64,000 bases of DNA. It comes from Vicinamibacterales bacterium. GTDB taxonomy: Bacteria; Acidobacteriota; Vicinamibacteria; Vicinamibacterales; 2-12-FULL-66-21. Made by a program: the position numbers and the translations under genes. The stretch spans positions 6,799 through 70,798 of the forward strand of contig DASPXV010000197.1 of NCBI GenBank assembly GCA_035637115.1, written 5' to 3'. The stretch's first letter is position 1, and each line of letters begins with the position of its first letter. Positions 29,950 through 39,342 of the stretch are shown one piece after another. Under the pieces are notes generated by a model. It searched no databases. It saw only the letters and a list, made by a program, of their open reading frames with translations, and was not told the DNA's origin.

Positions 29950-30573
29950 ATGCGCGTGGCGATCGTGGGAGGGCCCGGTATCGGCAAGAGCACGCTGGTC
30001 CGGCAGCTGGGCGACCTGTATCACAACGGCTCGTACGGCGAAGGGGAGAAGGGCGTCTGGGATCCGCGCGTGCTCGAGGACATCGAGCGCGGACGCAACC
30101 CGATCGGCGTCACGGCATATTTCGCGCGCCTCTATGACGCGAACTATCGCGACGCCGCGGCGCACGACGCGAACGGCAAGGTGATCTTTTTCGAGGGCGC
30201 GCGCATCACGCTCGAGGCGCACCTTGCGGAGTACGCCGCCGAGTACCACGCCGAACTGCGCAGAGTCCTCGCGATCGGCGACGCGTGGAATCCGGATCGC
30301 GTGATCGTGCTCACCTCCAGCACCGATACGATCGACAAGCACATACGCCAGCGTGCGCGCCCGTTCGAGAACGCCGAGAACATGGTGCGCCGCTTCCGCC
30401 TGATCGACGGCGAGTTCCGGCGTCTCGCGCCCTTATATCCAAATACCGTCGTCATCGATCGTGACAACAAGGAGTTCCACGAGCGCGAGGGGCTGCTCCA
30501 GATAATCAGGCTGGCCCGCCTCCCCCAGTTTAAAGAGATTCCTTACGAACAGATGGATCGATTCGGGGGGTAG
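29950..30573 (+). CDS. P-loop kinase, deoxynucleoside kinase-like
   Basis: AIVGGPGIGKST Walker A; PD.VI.L and R.RPFE lid-like motif. Confidence 0.65.
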   Translation: MRVAIVGGPGIGKSTLVRQLGDLYHNGSYGEGEKGVWDPRVLEDIERGRNPIGVTAYFARLYDANYRDAAAHDANGKVIFFEGARITLEAHLAEYAAEYHAELRRVLAIGDAWNPDRVIVLTSSTDTIDKHIRQRARPFENAENMVRRFRLIDGEFRRLAPLYPNTVVIDRDNKEFHEREGLLQIIRLARLPQFKEIPYEQMDRFGG

Positions 30574-30600
30574 GAGTATCATGGGCCGGACCTCCGTCCC

Positions 30601-31146
30601 ATGCTGAAACGTGTGTTTTTCGCCCTGCTTCTGCTGCTGAACCCTGCCCTCGCCCTGGCCTCCGGGCCCGATCAGAACCTGCAGGTCATCCCGCTGCCGC
30701 GTGACGGGGAAGTTCTCGTTTCGTTCAAGCTCGATGAAGCACTGACCGACGAAGTGCGGGCCGCCATTCATAGCGGTCTCACGATCAAATTCGTATACAA
30801 AGTCGACCTGCGGCGGAGCTCAGCCGTATGGATGGATCGCACCATCGCGTCCGCCGTAGTGACCGCCACTGTGCGCTATGACACGCTGACGCGGCTCTAT
30901 CACTACTCGAGAACACTCGACGGCCGCATCGAGTTTGCGGACACGACGGAGAAGGAAGACGTGGCGTGGAGCGCATTGACACGCGAGTTTCAGCGCCTCT
31001 CGCTGTTCCGGGGAACTCCACTCGAGGCGAACGCGGAGTACTACGTGCGCGTCCGCGCGAACGCCTCGCCGCACAGCAACGCCTTCGTCTGGCCTTGGCA
31101 GGGTGACGACGCGATGGGGTTCGCGAAGTTCACCTTCGTGAAATAG
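30601..31146 (+). CDS. DUF4390-like exported protein
   Basis: Signal peptide; AIHSGL..F.Y.V.L..W.D..VRYD.LT..Y. Confidence 0.7.
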   Translation: MLKRVFFALLLLLNPALALASGPDQNLQVIPLPRDGEVLVSFKLDEALTDEVRAAIHSGLTIKFVYKVDLRRSSAVWMDRTIASAVVTATVRYDTLTRLYHYSRTLDGRIEFADTTEKEDVAWSALTREFQRLSLFRGTPLEANAEYYVRVRANASPHSNAFVWPWQGDDAMGFAKFTFVK

Positions 31147-31148
31147 CC

Positions 31149-32246
31149 ATGAGCAGGTTCCCGCGGTTCCCAGTCGCCCTGCTCGTGGCGCTCGCTGTTG
31201 TTGTCGCTGCCGCCACAGTCACCTCCGGTCAGCAGCCATCGGTCTTCACGCCGGGCGGGATGCTGCCCGTTCTCGAATTGTACCTGGAGCCGCTGCGCCA
31301 GCAGGCGGGGATCCCCGGGATGTCCGCGGCCGTCGCGAGCGAGGGAAAGGTGATCTGGGAGAAAGGGTACGGCTTCCAGAACGTTGCCGCGCGCGATCGC
31401 GCGACGCCCGACACGCCGTATCTGATCGGCGACATGAGCGATACGCTGGCGGCAATCCTGCTGCTGCAATGCGTCGAGCAGCGCCGCGTCGGTCTCGACG
31501 ACCCGTTCGCGCGCTACGGATTGACGACGCCCGAACCGGAAGCCACGCTCCGCGGGCTCCTGAGCCACGCGGCGCCCGCATCTTCCAGGGAGCCATTCGC
31601 CTACAACCAGGAGCGCTTCGCCGCGCTGACTGGACTGATGGAATGGTGCGCGCCGCAGCCCTATCGCAAGAGCGTGGCGCACCGCCTGCTGGATCGCCTC
31701 GCAATGCAGGACTCCGTTCCCGGTACTGACCTGATCGACCCCGGTTTCGTGCTGGCAGATGGACTCTTCGAGGCGGAGGATGTGTCCCGGTATCGCGACG
31801 TGCTGAGCAGGATTGCTGTTCCCTACAAGGTCACCGGCCGGACGAAGGTGGACCGCTCGGATCTGCCACTTATTCCCATGTCGGCGGCGAACGGGCTCGT
31901 CTCGACCGTTCGCGATCTCTCGGTTCTCGACGGATCGCTCGACCAGGGCCTGCTGCTCGAAAACGAAACGCTGGCTGCGGCATGGACGGCCGTGGGAGAG
32001 CGTAATGGCACTCCGAGCCCGATGGGCCTCGGCTGGTTCGTCCAGTACTACCGCGGCGAACGCGTCGTGTGGCACTTCGGCTCGGTGCCGAACGCGTATT
32101 CTTCGCTGATTCTGAAACTCCCGCTGCGGAAGATCACGTTCATCCTGCTCGCCAACAGCGACGGGCTGAGCGCCCCATTTCAATTGCCTGCGGGCGACGT
32201 GACGCGTTCACCTTTTGCCAGCCTCTTCCTCAAGCTCACGACATAG
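31149..32246 (+). CDS. beta-lactamase-like serine hydrolase fold protein lacking canonical SxxK
   Basis: IPGMSAAV, GYG, TPDTPY, LLSH, GLGW, WHFG, LANS. Confidence 0.8.
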   Translation: MSRFPRFPVALLVALAVVVAAATVTSGQQPSVFTPGGMLPVLELYLEPLRQQAGIPGMSAAVASEGKVIWEKGYGFQNVAARDRATPDTPYLIGDMSDTLAAILLLQCVEQRRVGLDDPFARYGLTTPEPEATLRGLLSHAAPASSREPFAYNQERFAALTGLMEWCAPQPYRKSVAHRLLDRLAMQDSVPGTDLIDPGFVLADGLFEAEDVSRYRDVLSRIAVPYKVTGRTKVDRSDLPLIPMSAANGLVSTVRDLSVLDGSLDQGLLLENETLAAAWTAVGERNGTPSPMGLGWFVQYYRGERVVWHFGSVPNAYSSLILKLPLRKITFILLANSDGLSAPFQLPAGDVTRSPFASLFLKLTT

Positions 32247-32253
32247 GGCGCGG

Positions 32254-32859
32254 ATGCCGAGAACGGCTGCACTCTGCTGCCTGTGCGTGCTTGCCGGCGC
32301 AGGATCGGCGGCGGCGGAGTGGCACATCACGCCCATGGTCGGCCTGACCTTCGGCGGAAGCACGACGCTTCAGGATCCGGACAACGCAACGGGAGATGTG
32401 CACGCGTCGGTCGGCCTTGCGGGCACATGGTTATCGCCAGGGATTTTCGGCGCCGAAGCGATCGCCACCACGACGCCCGGCTTTTTTCAGTCCGACACGG
32501 GCACGTTCATCGACACCAGCCGTTCCACCGTCCTCATGGGCAACATCATCGTCACAGCGCCGCGAAGGTTCACGGAGTACTTTCTCCGGCCGTTCGCATC
32601 GGGCGGCTTTGGCGTGATCCGCGTCTCCGAGCGCGACATCAAGGCGGCGCTTGCAAGCCACGTCATCGACGTGAGGGCGAATCTCGCCGGCTTCAATATC
32701 GGCGGCGGCGCGATCGGATTCTTCTCGCAGGGCGTAGGTGTGAGATTCGACCTGCGCTACTACAGCACGATTCACGGTACGGATCAGGGCGCGAATGCGC
32801 TCGGCGAGGCGCACCTGCGCTACATGGTGGCGTCCGCCGGCCTCGTCATTCGCCGCTAG
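32254..32859 (+). CDS. outer-membrane beta-barrel protein
   Basis: Signal peptide; RPFASGGFG, NIGGG, GVRFDLRY. Confidence 0.75.
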   Translation: MPRTAALCCLCVLAGAGSAAAEWHITPMVGLTFGGSTTLQDPDNATGDVHASVGLAGTWLSPGIFGAEAIATTTPGFFQSDTGTFIDTSRSTVLMGNIIVTAPRRFTEYFLRPFASGGFGVIRVSERDIKAALASHVIDVRANLAGFNIGGGAIGFFSQGVGVRFDLRYYSTIHGTDQGANALGEAHLRYMVASAGLVIRR

Positions 32860-32920
32860 CCTTCCTCGAGGCCTGAGCCCCTTTACCAGCCCTTCGCGCC
32901 TTCCCCATTGAGGTGAAGCG

Positions 32921-33370
32921 ATGAGGGCGATGGCACTCGTCTCGGCCGTGTTGTTGTGTGCGGCTCCCGTAGCGGCCCAGGAAACGTTCAAGCAGGTGTG
33001 GGTGACGCAAGCCGACTCGGGCGAAGTGATCCGCGGACGGATTGTCGAGTTGAGCCGCGAATCCATGGCCTTGCTCACGCCGGACAACCGCCGGGTGGAG
33101 TTGCCGATCGATCGTGTCCTGCGGATCGAGACGCGTGGGGATTCGCTCAAGAACGGCGCCGCGATCGGTGCGGCGGTCATGGGAGGGATGGTTCTTCTCG
33201 CATGCCACGAGAGCGGTTGCCTGCCCTTCGTCGCGACCGACGTCGCGGTCGGCGCCGTGCTTGGTGCCGGCATCGACGCCCTGAACGGCGGCCGGACCGC
33301 GATCTACATCCGTCCCGCCACGGCCGCGACCAGCCGGAAAGCCGCGGTGCAGTTCAAGCTGCGCTTCTAG
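32921..33370 (+). CDS. hypothetical exported protein with Gly-zipper
   Basis: GAGGTG Shine-Dalgarno, signal peptide, DSLKNGAAIGA..GAGIDAL. Confidence 0.65.
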   Translation: MRAMALVSAVLLCAAPVAAQETFKQVWVTQADSGEVIRGRIVELSRESMALLTPDNRRVELPIDRVLRIETRGDSLKNGAAIGAAVMGGMVLLACHESGCLPFVATDVAVGAVLGAGIDALNGGRTAIYIRPATAATSRKAAVQFKLRF

Positions 33371-33942
33371 GCGCGGCCCGCGAACTCGCGCGTTTCGGTG
33401 TGGACCTTCACCTTTTCCCCCTCCTTGATGAACAGGGGCACGCGGATCTCGAGGCCTGTTTCCAGCGTCGCTGACTTCGTCACGCCGCCGCTCGCGGTGT
33501 CTCCGCGCACGCCGGGCTCGGTCGACGTGACGGTCAGCTCGATGTGCGGCGGGAACTGCAGCCCGATCGGACGGCCGTTGTATTTCTGCACCTGGACGAG
33601 GACGTTGTCGACCAGCAGGAAACGATCCTCGCCAACGATCTCCGGCCGCAGCGTCATCGTGTCGAACGTGTCCTGATCCATGAAGTGGTAGCCGGCGCTG
33701 TCGGCGTACTGGAACATCGCGTCCACCATCTCGAGGTCCGGTTCCGCGAACTTGTCCCCCGCTTTGAACGTCTTGTCGAAGACAGCACGCGTGAGCAGGT
33801 TGCGCATCTTGATGCGGACCAACGTCTGCCCGCCGCGCGCCGTCGGGCGCGACACGTCCACGTCGATGCAGTGGTAGGGCGCCCGCTCGTGCTCGAAGAA
33901 CATCTTCCGCTTGATCTCGATTGCTTCAATCAGCGCAGCCAT
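33367..33942 (-). CDS. efpL: elongation factor P family protein, EfpL/YeiP-type loop
   Basis: FMDQDTF, PGVRGDTA, ATLETG..VPLFI..GE; loop PTARG rather than PGKG. Confidence 0.75.
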   Translation of the reverse strand: MAALIEAIEIKRKMFFEHERAPYHCIDVDVSRPTARGGQTLVRIKMRNLLTRAVFDKTFKAGDKFAEPDLEMVDAMFQYADSAGYHFMDQDTFDTMTLRPEIVGEDRFLLVDNVLVQVQKYNGRPIGLQFPPHIELTVTSTEPGVRGDTASGGVTKSATLETGLEIRVPLFIKEGEKVKVHTETREFAGRA

Positions 33943-33963
33943 AGCCGTATATTGTAGCGTCCC

Positions 33964-34155
33964 ATGCCCGCCGTTCTGGAAACGAATGACCTGAGAAAGC
34001 ATTACCAGATGGGCGCGACCACTGTGCGCGCCCTCGACGGCGTCTCCCTCACGGTCGAGCAGGGAGAGTTCGTCGGGCTGCTCGGCACGTCCGGATCGGG
34101 CAAGTCAACGCTCCTGAATCTCATCGCCGGACTCGATCGCGCGACGGACGGACGC
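33964..34155 (+). pseudogene. truncated MacB/LolD-type ABC ATP-binding protein
   Basis: [29 protein letters not shown]; homology stops at ~aa 63, with no signature motif or Walker B. Confidence 0.75.
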
Positions 34156-34206
34156 TGCGCAGCTCCCGGCGTGACGTTTCGGGACGCACGACTGAGGCGA
34201 GTAACG

Positions 34207-35343
34207 CTAAGCGGGAGAGCCGGCTGGTTTCGCGGCCTTCGCATCCGCAGGCAGGCCGACATTGATCCCCGCGCGTTTCAACGCGGCATCGAAGCCCCCC
34301 TTGTCCACGGCTTTCGCGTAAGCCTCCGCCGGCTCGACAAGCTTCTTCATCACCAGCTCCATCAGCGCGTCGTTCAGGCTCACCATCCCGTTGGCCTTGT
34401 TGACCTGCATGATCGAGGGAATCTGGAATGTCTTCCCTTCGCGAATTAGGTTGCTCACTGCCTGCGTCGCAATCAGCACCTCGAGCGCGGCAATGCGTCC
34501 GCCGCCGATCTTCCGGCATAACGTCTGGGCGATGACGCCCTTCAGTGACTCCGACAGCATGATCCGGATCTGTGCCTGACGGTCCGCCGGGAACTGATCG
34601 ATGACGCGATCTACCGTTGACGCGGCCGTCGTCGTGTGAAGCGTCCCGAACACGAGGTGTCCTGTTTCCGCGGTCTCGATCGCGATCGCGACGGTCTCCA
34701 GGTCGCGCAACTCGCCGACGAGGACAATGTCCGGATCTTCACGCAGCGCCGCGCGCAGCGCGTCCTTGAAGGAGTCCGTGTGCGTCCGGACCTCGCGCTG
34801 GTTGATCAGGCACTTTTGGTTGTCGTGGACGAACTCAATCGGATCCTCGATTGTGATGATGTGATCCGGCCGCGACTTGTTGATGTGGTCGATCATCGCG
34901 CACAGCGTCGTCGATTTCCCCGACCCTGTCGGGCCCGTGACCAGGATCAAGCCCTTGTTCAGCGCGCACATGTTAAGAATGTGCGGCGACAGTCCCAGTT
35001 GCTCCGCGGTGAGGATCTTCGAGGGGATGACGCGGAAGACCGCGCCGGGACCGCGGCGGTCGGCGAACACGTTGGAGCGAAACCGCGCCAGGCCGGAGAT
35101 CTCGTACGCGAAGTCGGTATCGTGCCGCTCGGAGTATTCCTTCCGGTTCTTTTCCGGCATGATCGGCGCGAGCAGCTGCACGACGTCCTGTCCGCTCAGC
35201 ACGGTGGCCGCCGGATCGAGCACCTGCATGTGCCCGTCCTTGCGGATCATCGGCGGGGAGCCCACGCTCAGGTGCAGGTCGGACGCGCCGGCTTTCACCA
35301 TGGCGTGAAACAGCTGATCGATCAGGGGCGCGGTGTCGCTCAA
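34207..35343 (-). CDS. pilT: type IV pilus retraction ATPase PilT
   Basis: [46 protein letters not shown] start overlaps the upstream TGA. Confidence 0.92.
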   Translation of the reverse strand: MSDTAPLIDQLFHAMVKAGASDLHLSVGSPPMIRKDGHMQVLDPAATVLSGQDVVQLLAPIMPEKNRKEYSERHDTDFAYEISGLARFRSNVFADRRGPGAVFRVIPSKILTAEQLGLSPHILNMCALNKGLILVTGPTGSGKSTTLCAMIDHINKSRPDHIITIEDPIEFVHDNQKCLINQREVRTHTDSFKDALRAALREDPDIVLVGELRDLETVAIAIETAETGHLVFGTLHTTTAASTVDRVIDQFPADRQAQIRIMLSESLKGVIAQTLCRKIGGGRIAALEVLIATQAVSNLIREGKTFQIPSIMQVNKANGMVSLNDALMELVMKKLVEPAEAYAKAVDKGGFDAALKRAGINVGLPADAKAAKPAGSPA

Positions 35344-35837
35344 GGTCCTTGTACCTCTGTAATGGCGGCGATGTGGGCGGCGTTCACGATGAGCGTCGAG
35401 TCGCCGGCTTCCACGTACCGGAACACTTCCGGTTGCCGCGTCCAGTCGCTCAGCCGATCGCGTCCTTCCGGGCGCGACACGCGGACGACGCCGTCGATGC
35501 GCTGTCCATTGGACAACATCACCGACACTTCGCGGGGCGTCGCGACCGCGTATCCGGGATCGCGTTTCTCCTCGCGATCGAAGATCTCGGCGAAGATCAG
35601 GTGCGCGCGGTTGTAGAGCACCGCCCGCGGCCCGGCCCGGTCGATCTCGAACGGAAAAAAACCAGCTTCCGAATTCAGGAGGTCCACGACGCGTTCGGGC
35701 CCATCGTGGCTCGCACTGCCCGCAACGAAGAAACATCCCTTCACGGTTTCTCCGCCTGCCAGAGTCAGAACCGCGTCCGCGCGCCGCTTTTCAAAGGCAA
35801 ACCCGGACTTCGCGGGTTCGGGAGTCATATCGGTCAC
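35340..35837 (-). CDS. hypothetical protein with two similar halves, coupled to pilT
   Basis: G..V.G..F..RV.DLLN and G..I.G.V..RLSDW halves; stop overlaps pilT start. Confidence 0.65.
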   Translation of the reverse strand: MTDMTPEPAKSGFAFEKRRADAVLTLAGGETVKGCFFVAGSASHDGPERVVDLLNSEAGFFPFEIDRAGPRAVLYNRAHLIFAEIFDREEKRDPGYAVATPREVSVMLSNGQRIDGVVRVSRPEGRDRLSDWTRQPEVFRYVEAGDSTLIVNAAHIAAITEVQGP

Positions 35838-35900
35838 TTATCGGCCGAACAATGATCGTTCAAAAGGGGTCTAGAATACTCGGCAATTCCGGAGGAACCA

Positions 35901-36905
35901 ATGCGCGTTGGTACGAAGATCGTAATCGTGGGCGTGATCATGTCGGGGAGCGCCGCCGTCGGCGCAGGCCATAACCGCACACACCTGAATCCCATGATCG
36001 AGCTCCACGCGCAGAAGAAGCCGATCTTCGGACTCTACGCACCGAGCAACGCGCGCGGTCGCAATCGAGGAACCGCCGCGCCAGGTACAACCGCGCCGGT
36101 CACGCCGCCGCCGGCGCCGCCCGTCCTCAAGACACCGGCGGAACTTGCGAAGGACGCGCTCGCGTACGACAAGAGCGACTTCGTCTTCGACGGGACGATG
36201 GAAGGAGGAGTCGATCGCGGCATTCCCGCATTCACCGCGTTCGTAAGTGCGATGGCGGATGAATCCGCTCCGGACGTGCGATGGAAACATCCGCTCTCCG
36301 TGAAGACGCCTGAGATTGCTCCCGATCCCGTAAAAGCGATCGACAACATCAGCCGCCAGTTGAACCTCGGCGTCAGCACGATCGTGTTCGTCGGCGTCGA
36401 GAGCGCGGATGAAGTGAAACAGGGCCTTGCGGCGATGCGCTTCAAGTCAAAGGGAGGCACGCGCCCTGAAGAAGTCGGCAGTGCGCCGAAGTACTGGGGC
36501 ATGTCCGATAACGAATATCGCGACAGGGCGGATGTGTGGCCGCTGAATCCGAACGGCGAGCTCACGAACTGGACGATCGTCGAGAGCAAGGTGGGACTCG
36601 CGCACGTGCGCGAGATCGCCGCGGTGAAGGGGATCAGTGTGCTCTTCCCTGGCGCAGGTACGCTGCGCGGCGTCTTCACCACGACCGATGCCGAGGGGAA
36701 GCGGACGTTTGATGCCGACGGCTGGGAAGCCGCGATCCAGCAGGTGCTCGCCGCGTGCAAGGAGTTCAACGTGCAGTGCGGCTATCCTGCGACGGAGACC
36801 GACATTGAAACCCGCATGAAGCAGGGTTTCAGCGTCTTCATCATGAACTGGGGCGATCCCGGATTCCGCGCGGTGGACATCGGCCGCAAGGCCGCCGGCG
36901 GCTAG
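35901..36905 (+). CDS. HpcH/HpaI aldolase-like protein
   Basis: GGAGG Shine-Dalgarno; VESADEV, IVES..G.., EIAAVKG, F.GAG.L. Confidence 0.75.
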   Translation: MRVGTKIVIVGVIMSGSAAVGAGHNRTHLNPMIELHAQKKPIFGLYAPSNARGRNRGTAAPGTTAPVTPPPAPPVLKTPAELAKDALAYDKSDFVFDGTMEGGVDRGIPAFTAFVSAMADESAPDVRWKHPLSVKTPEIAPDPVKAIDNISRQLNLGVSTIVFVGVESADEVKQGLAAMRFKSKGGTRPEEVGSAPKYWGMSDNEYRDRADVWPLNPNGELTNWTIVESKVGLAHVREIAAVKGISVLFPGAGTLRGVFTTTDAEGKRTFDADGWEAAIQQVLAACKEFNVQCGYPATETDIETRMKQGFSVFIMNWGDPGFRAVDIGRKAAGG

Positions 36906-39332
36906 CTACTCGTGCCGCAAGGCAATCATCGGGTCGACGCGCATCGCGCGGCGCGCGGGCAGCGCACAGGCGATCACGCCCACGATCATCAGCATCGCCG
37001 CGACGGCAGCGAACGCAATCGGATCGAACGCCGACATCCTCCAGACACTGCGCGCGAGGAGCCGTCCGGCCACGATGCTCCCGACGAGGCCGAGAGCGGT
37101 GCCCGCAAGCAGCAGGCGTGAGCCGCGCCCGATGATCATTCGCGCGATGGCGCTGGCATCGGCGCCAAGCGCCATCCGAATCCCGATTTCCTGCCGTTCC
37201 TGCGCGACGGCGCTGGACATCACGCCATAGACGCCTACGAGGGCGAGCGCGAGTCCTACCGCCGCGAATACCGATAACAGCACCAGGTTGAATTTCGGCG
37301 TCGCGAACTGGGTGTCCCGCAAGATCGCGTCGAGGGTCAGGATCGCCGTCACCGGCTGTCCCTTGTCAACCGCATAAATCTGGCTGACGACCGCGCGGCT
37401 TACGGCTGCGGGATCTCCGTGGGTACGGACGACGAGCAGGTTCGACATGCCGGCGGCGGTGAACGGAATGTAGATCTCCGGCATGACCGGATCGGTGAGC
37501 CCGGCGTTCAAGGTGTCGTGCACCACGCCCACGATCTGAAATGTCACGTTCGCGGCGGAAAAGGGCGCGTCCTTGAGCCGAGGGAGCCGAACGATCTGGC
37601 CAAGCGGCGAGGCGGTCAACCGGCTGCGCACGAAGCGCTCGTTGACCAGCGCGACCGGCTCAGCGCCGTTGACGTCCCCGTCGGTGAACAGGCGTCCGGC
37701 CGCCAGTCGGATGCCGACGACGTTGGTGTAGTCCGCACTCACGTGATGCACCTGCACGGGATCGGTGTTCGGCGCCTGTCCGGGAATCTCCGCCGCGGTC
37801 CACATGTTGCCCATCGGATGCAGCCCGCTGTTCACGGCGGCCGCCGCCACGCCCGGCACCGCGTTCACCTTCCGCAGCACCTCCTGAAAGAACGCGATCC
37901 GATGCGGCGCGTCCGGATACTTCTGAGGCGACAACGGCACACGCATCGTCAGCACGCGATCGGCCGGGACACCGAGAACCACCTGCTGCATCGCCACGAA
38001 AGCGCGCAGCAGCACGCTCGAGCCGGCAAGCAGCACGAGGGAGAGCGCCACTTCGGCGATCACCAGCGTCCGGCGAAGCAACGCCTGCCTCGAGTTTCCC
38101 GCCAGGCTCCGGCCGACCTCGCGCATCGAGCCCGCGAGATCGCGCCTGCTGCTGTGCAACGCCGGCGCGAGGCCGCACACGACACTCGTGAGCGCGGACA
38201 GCGCGAGTGCGAAGAGGAGCACACGCGTGTTGAGCGCGATCTCCGATTCGTCAGGAATCGTGCCGGGAGGCACGAGCGAGAGAATCGCCGGCAGGCCGCC
38301 GTACGCGAGCAGCGTGCCCAGCACACCGGCGCCGAGCGAGAGGATGAGGCTCTCGGTCAGCAGCTGGCGCACCAGGCGCCCGCGACCCGCACCGAGCGCC
38401 GCGCGCACGGTCATTTCGCGCTGTCGCGCCGCCGCTCTCGACAGCAGGAGATTCGACACGTTCGCGCACGCGATCAGCAGCAGCAGACCGACCGCCGCAA
38501 GCAGCACCCAGATGTCCCCGCTGATCCCGCTTCGAAACGTCTGTTTGAACGGGAGAAGACCGACGCGCCACGCGTCGGGGAACTGTCCCGGCTCCTTCTT
38601 CTTCAGGTCCGCGATGATCGGCCCCAGATCCGCTTCCGCCTTTGCATCCGTTACGCCCGGCTTCAGCCGTCCGAGCAGGTGCACGTTGCGGACCCCTTCA
38701 GTGATCCTTCCGCGCTCGAGCGTGATGGGCAGATACACGTCCGCGCCGCGCCACATGAAACGCTTCGGCATCACGCCGATGACCGTACGCATCGTGTCGT
38801 TGAGCCGAAGCTGGCGGCCGAGCACGTTGGCATCGCCGCCGAACTGGCGCTGCCAGAACCGATAGCCGAGCACGACGACCGGCTCGGCGCCAGGGCGGGC
38901 GTCCGCCGCCGTCGGTGTCCTTCCAATGAGCGGCGGAACGCCCATCACCTCGAAGGTATTGAACGTGCCGTGGTTCCCGCGCAATCGCTGCGGGTCGCCG
39001 TCTCCCGTCCACAGCACGTCGCTGATCGTCGAGGCGATGATTCCATCGAAGATCGTGCTCCGCTCGGCGATTTCGACGAACTGATCGACCGAATATCCGG
39101 TCCGGAAGCCGCGCCGCGCTGCGTTCGACACACGCACGCTCATGAGACGGTCCACGTCCTTGTAGGGAAATGGATCGAGGACGACCGCCTGGAGGACGCT
39201 GTAGATCGCGGTTGTGGCCATGATGCCGAGCGCCAGCGACATGACCGCGACCAGCGTAAATCCCGGACTGTGCAACAGCCCGCGCACGCCGAACTGAACG
39301 TCGCGCCAGAACTGATCGACCCATTGCCGCAT
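36906..39332 (-). CDS. ADOP-type duplicated ABC permease
   Basis: [35 protein letters not shown]. Confidence 0.9.
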   Translation of the reverse strand: MRQWVDQFWRDVQFGVRGLLHSPGFTLVAVMSLALGIMATTAIYSVLQAVVLDPFPYKDVDRLMSVRVSNAARRGFRTGYSVDQFVEIAERSTIFDGIIASTISDVLWTGDGDPQRLRGNHGTFNTFEVMGVPPLIGRTPTAADARPGAEPVVVLGYRFWQRQFGGDANVLGRQLRLNDTMRTVIGVMPKRFMWRGADVYLPITLERGRITEGVRNVHLLGRLKPGVTDAKAEADLGPIIADLKKKEPGQFPDAWRVGLLPFKQTFRSGISGDIWVLLAAVGLLLLIACANVSNLLLSRAAARQREMTVRAALGAGRGRLVRQLLTESLILSLGAGVLGTLLAYGGLPAILSLVPPGTIPDESEIALNTRVLLFALALSALTSVVCGLAPALHSSRRDLAGSMREVGRSLAGNSRQALLRRTLVIAEVALSLVLLAGSSVLLRAFVAMQQVVLGVPADRVLTMRVPLSPQKYPDAPHRIAFFQEVLRKVNAVPGVAAAAVNSGLHPMGNMWTAAEIPGQAPNTDPVQVHHVSADYTNVVGIRLAAGRLFTDGDVNGAEPVALVNERFVRSRLTASPLGQIVRLPRLKDAPFSAANVTFQIVGVVHDTLNAGLTDPVMPEIYIPFTAAGMSNLLVVRTHGDPAAVSRAVVSQIYAVDKGQPVTAILTLDAILRDTQFATPKFNLVLLSVFAAVGLALALVGVYGVMSSAVAQERQEIGIRMALGADASAIARMIIGRGSRLLLAGTALGLVGSIVAGRLLARSVWRMSAFDPIAFAAVAAMLMIVGVIACALPARRAMRVDPMIALRHE

Positions 39333-39342
39333 GGTTCGCCTC

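Noticed and set aside
29950..30573. Anti-phage or nucleotide-modification system around the P-loop kinase
   Set aside because: No accompanying defence or phage genes; the neighbours are ordinary metabolic and envelope genes
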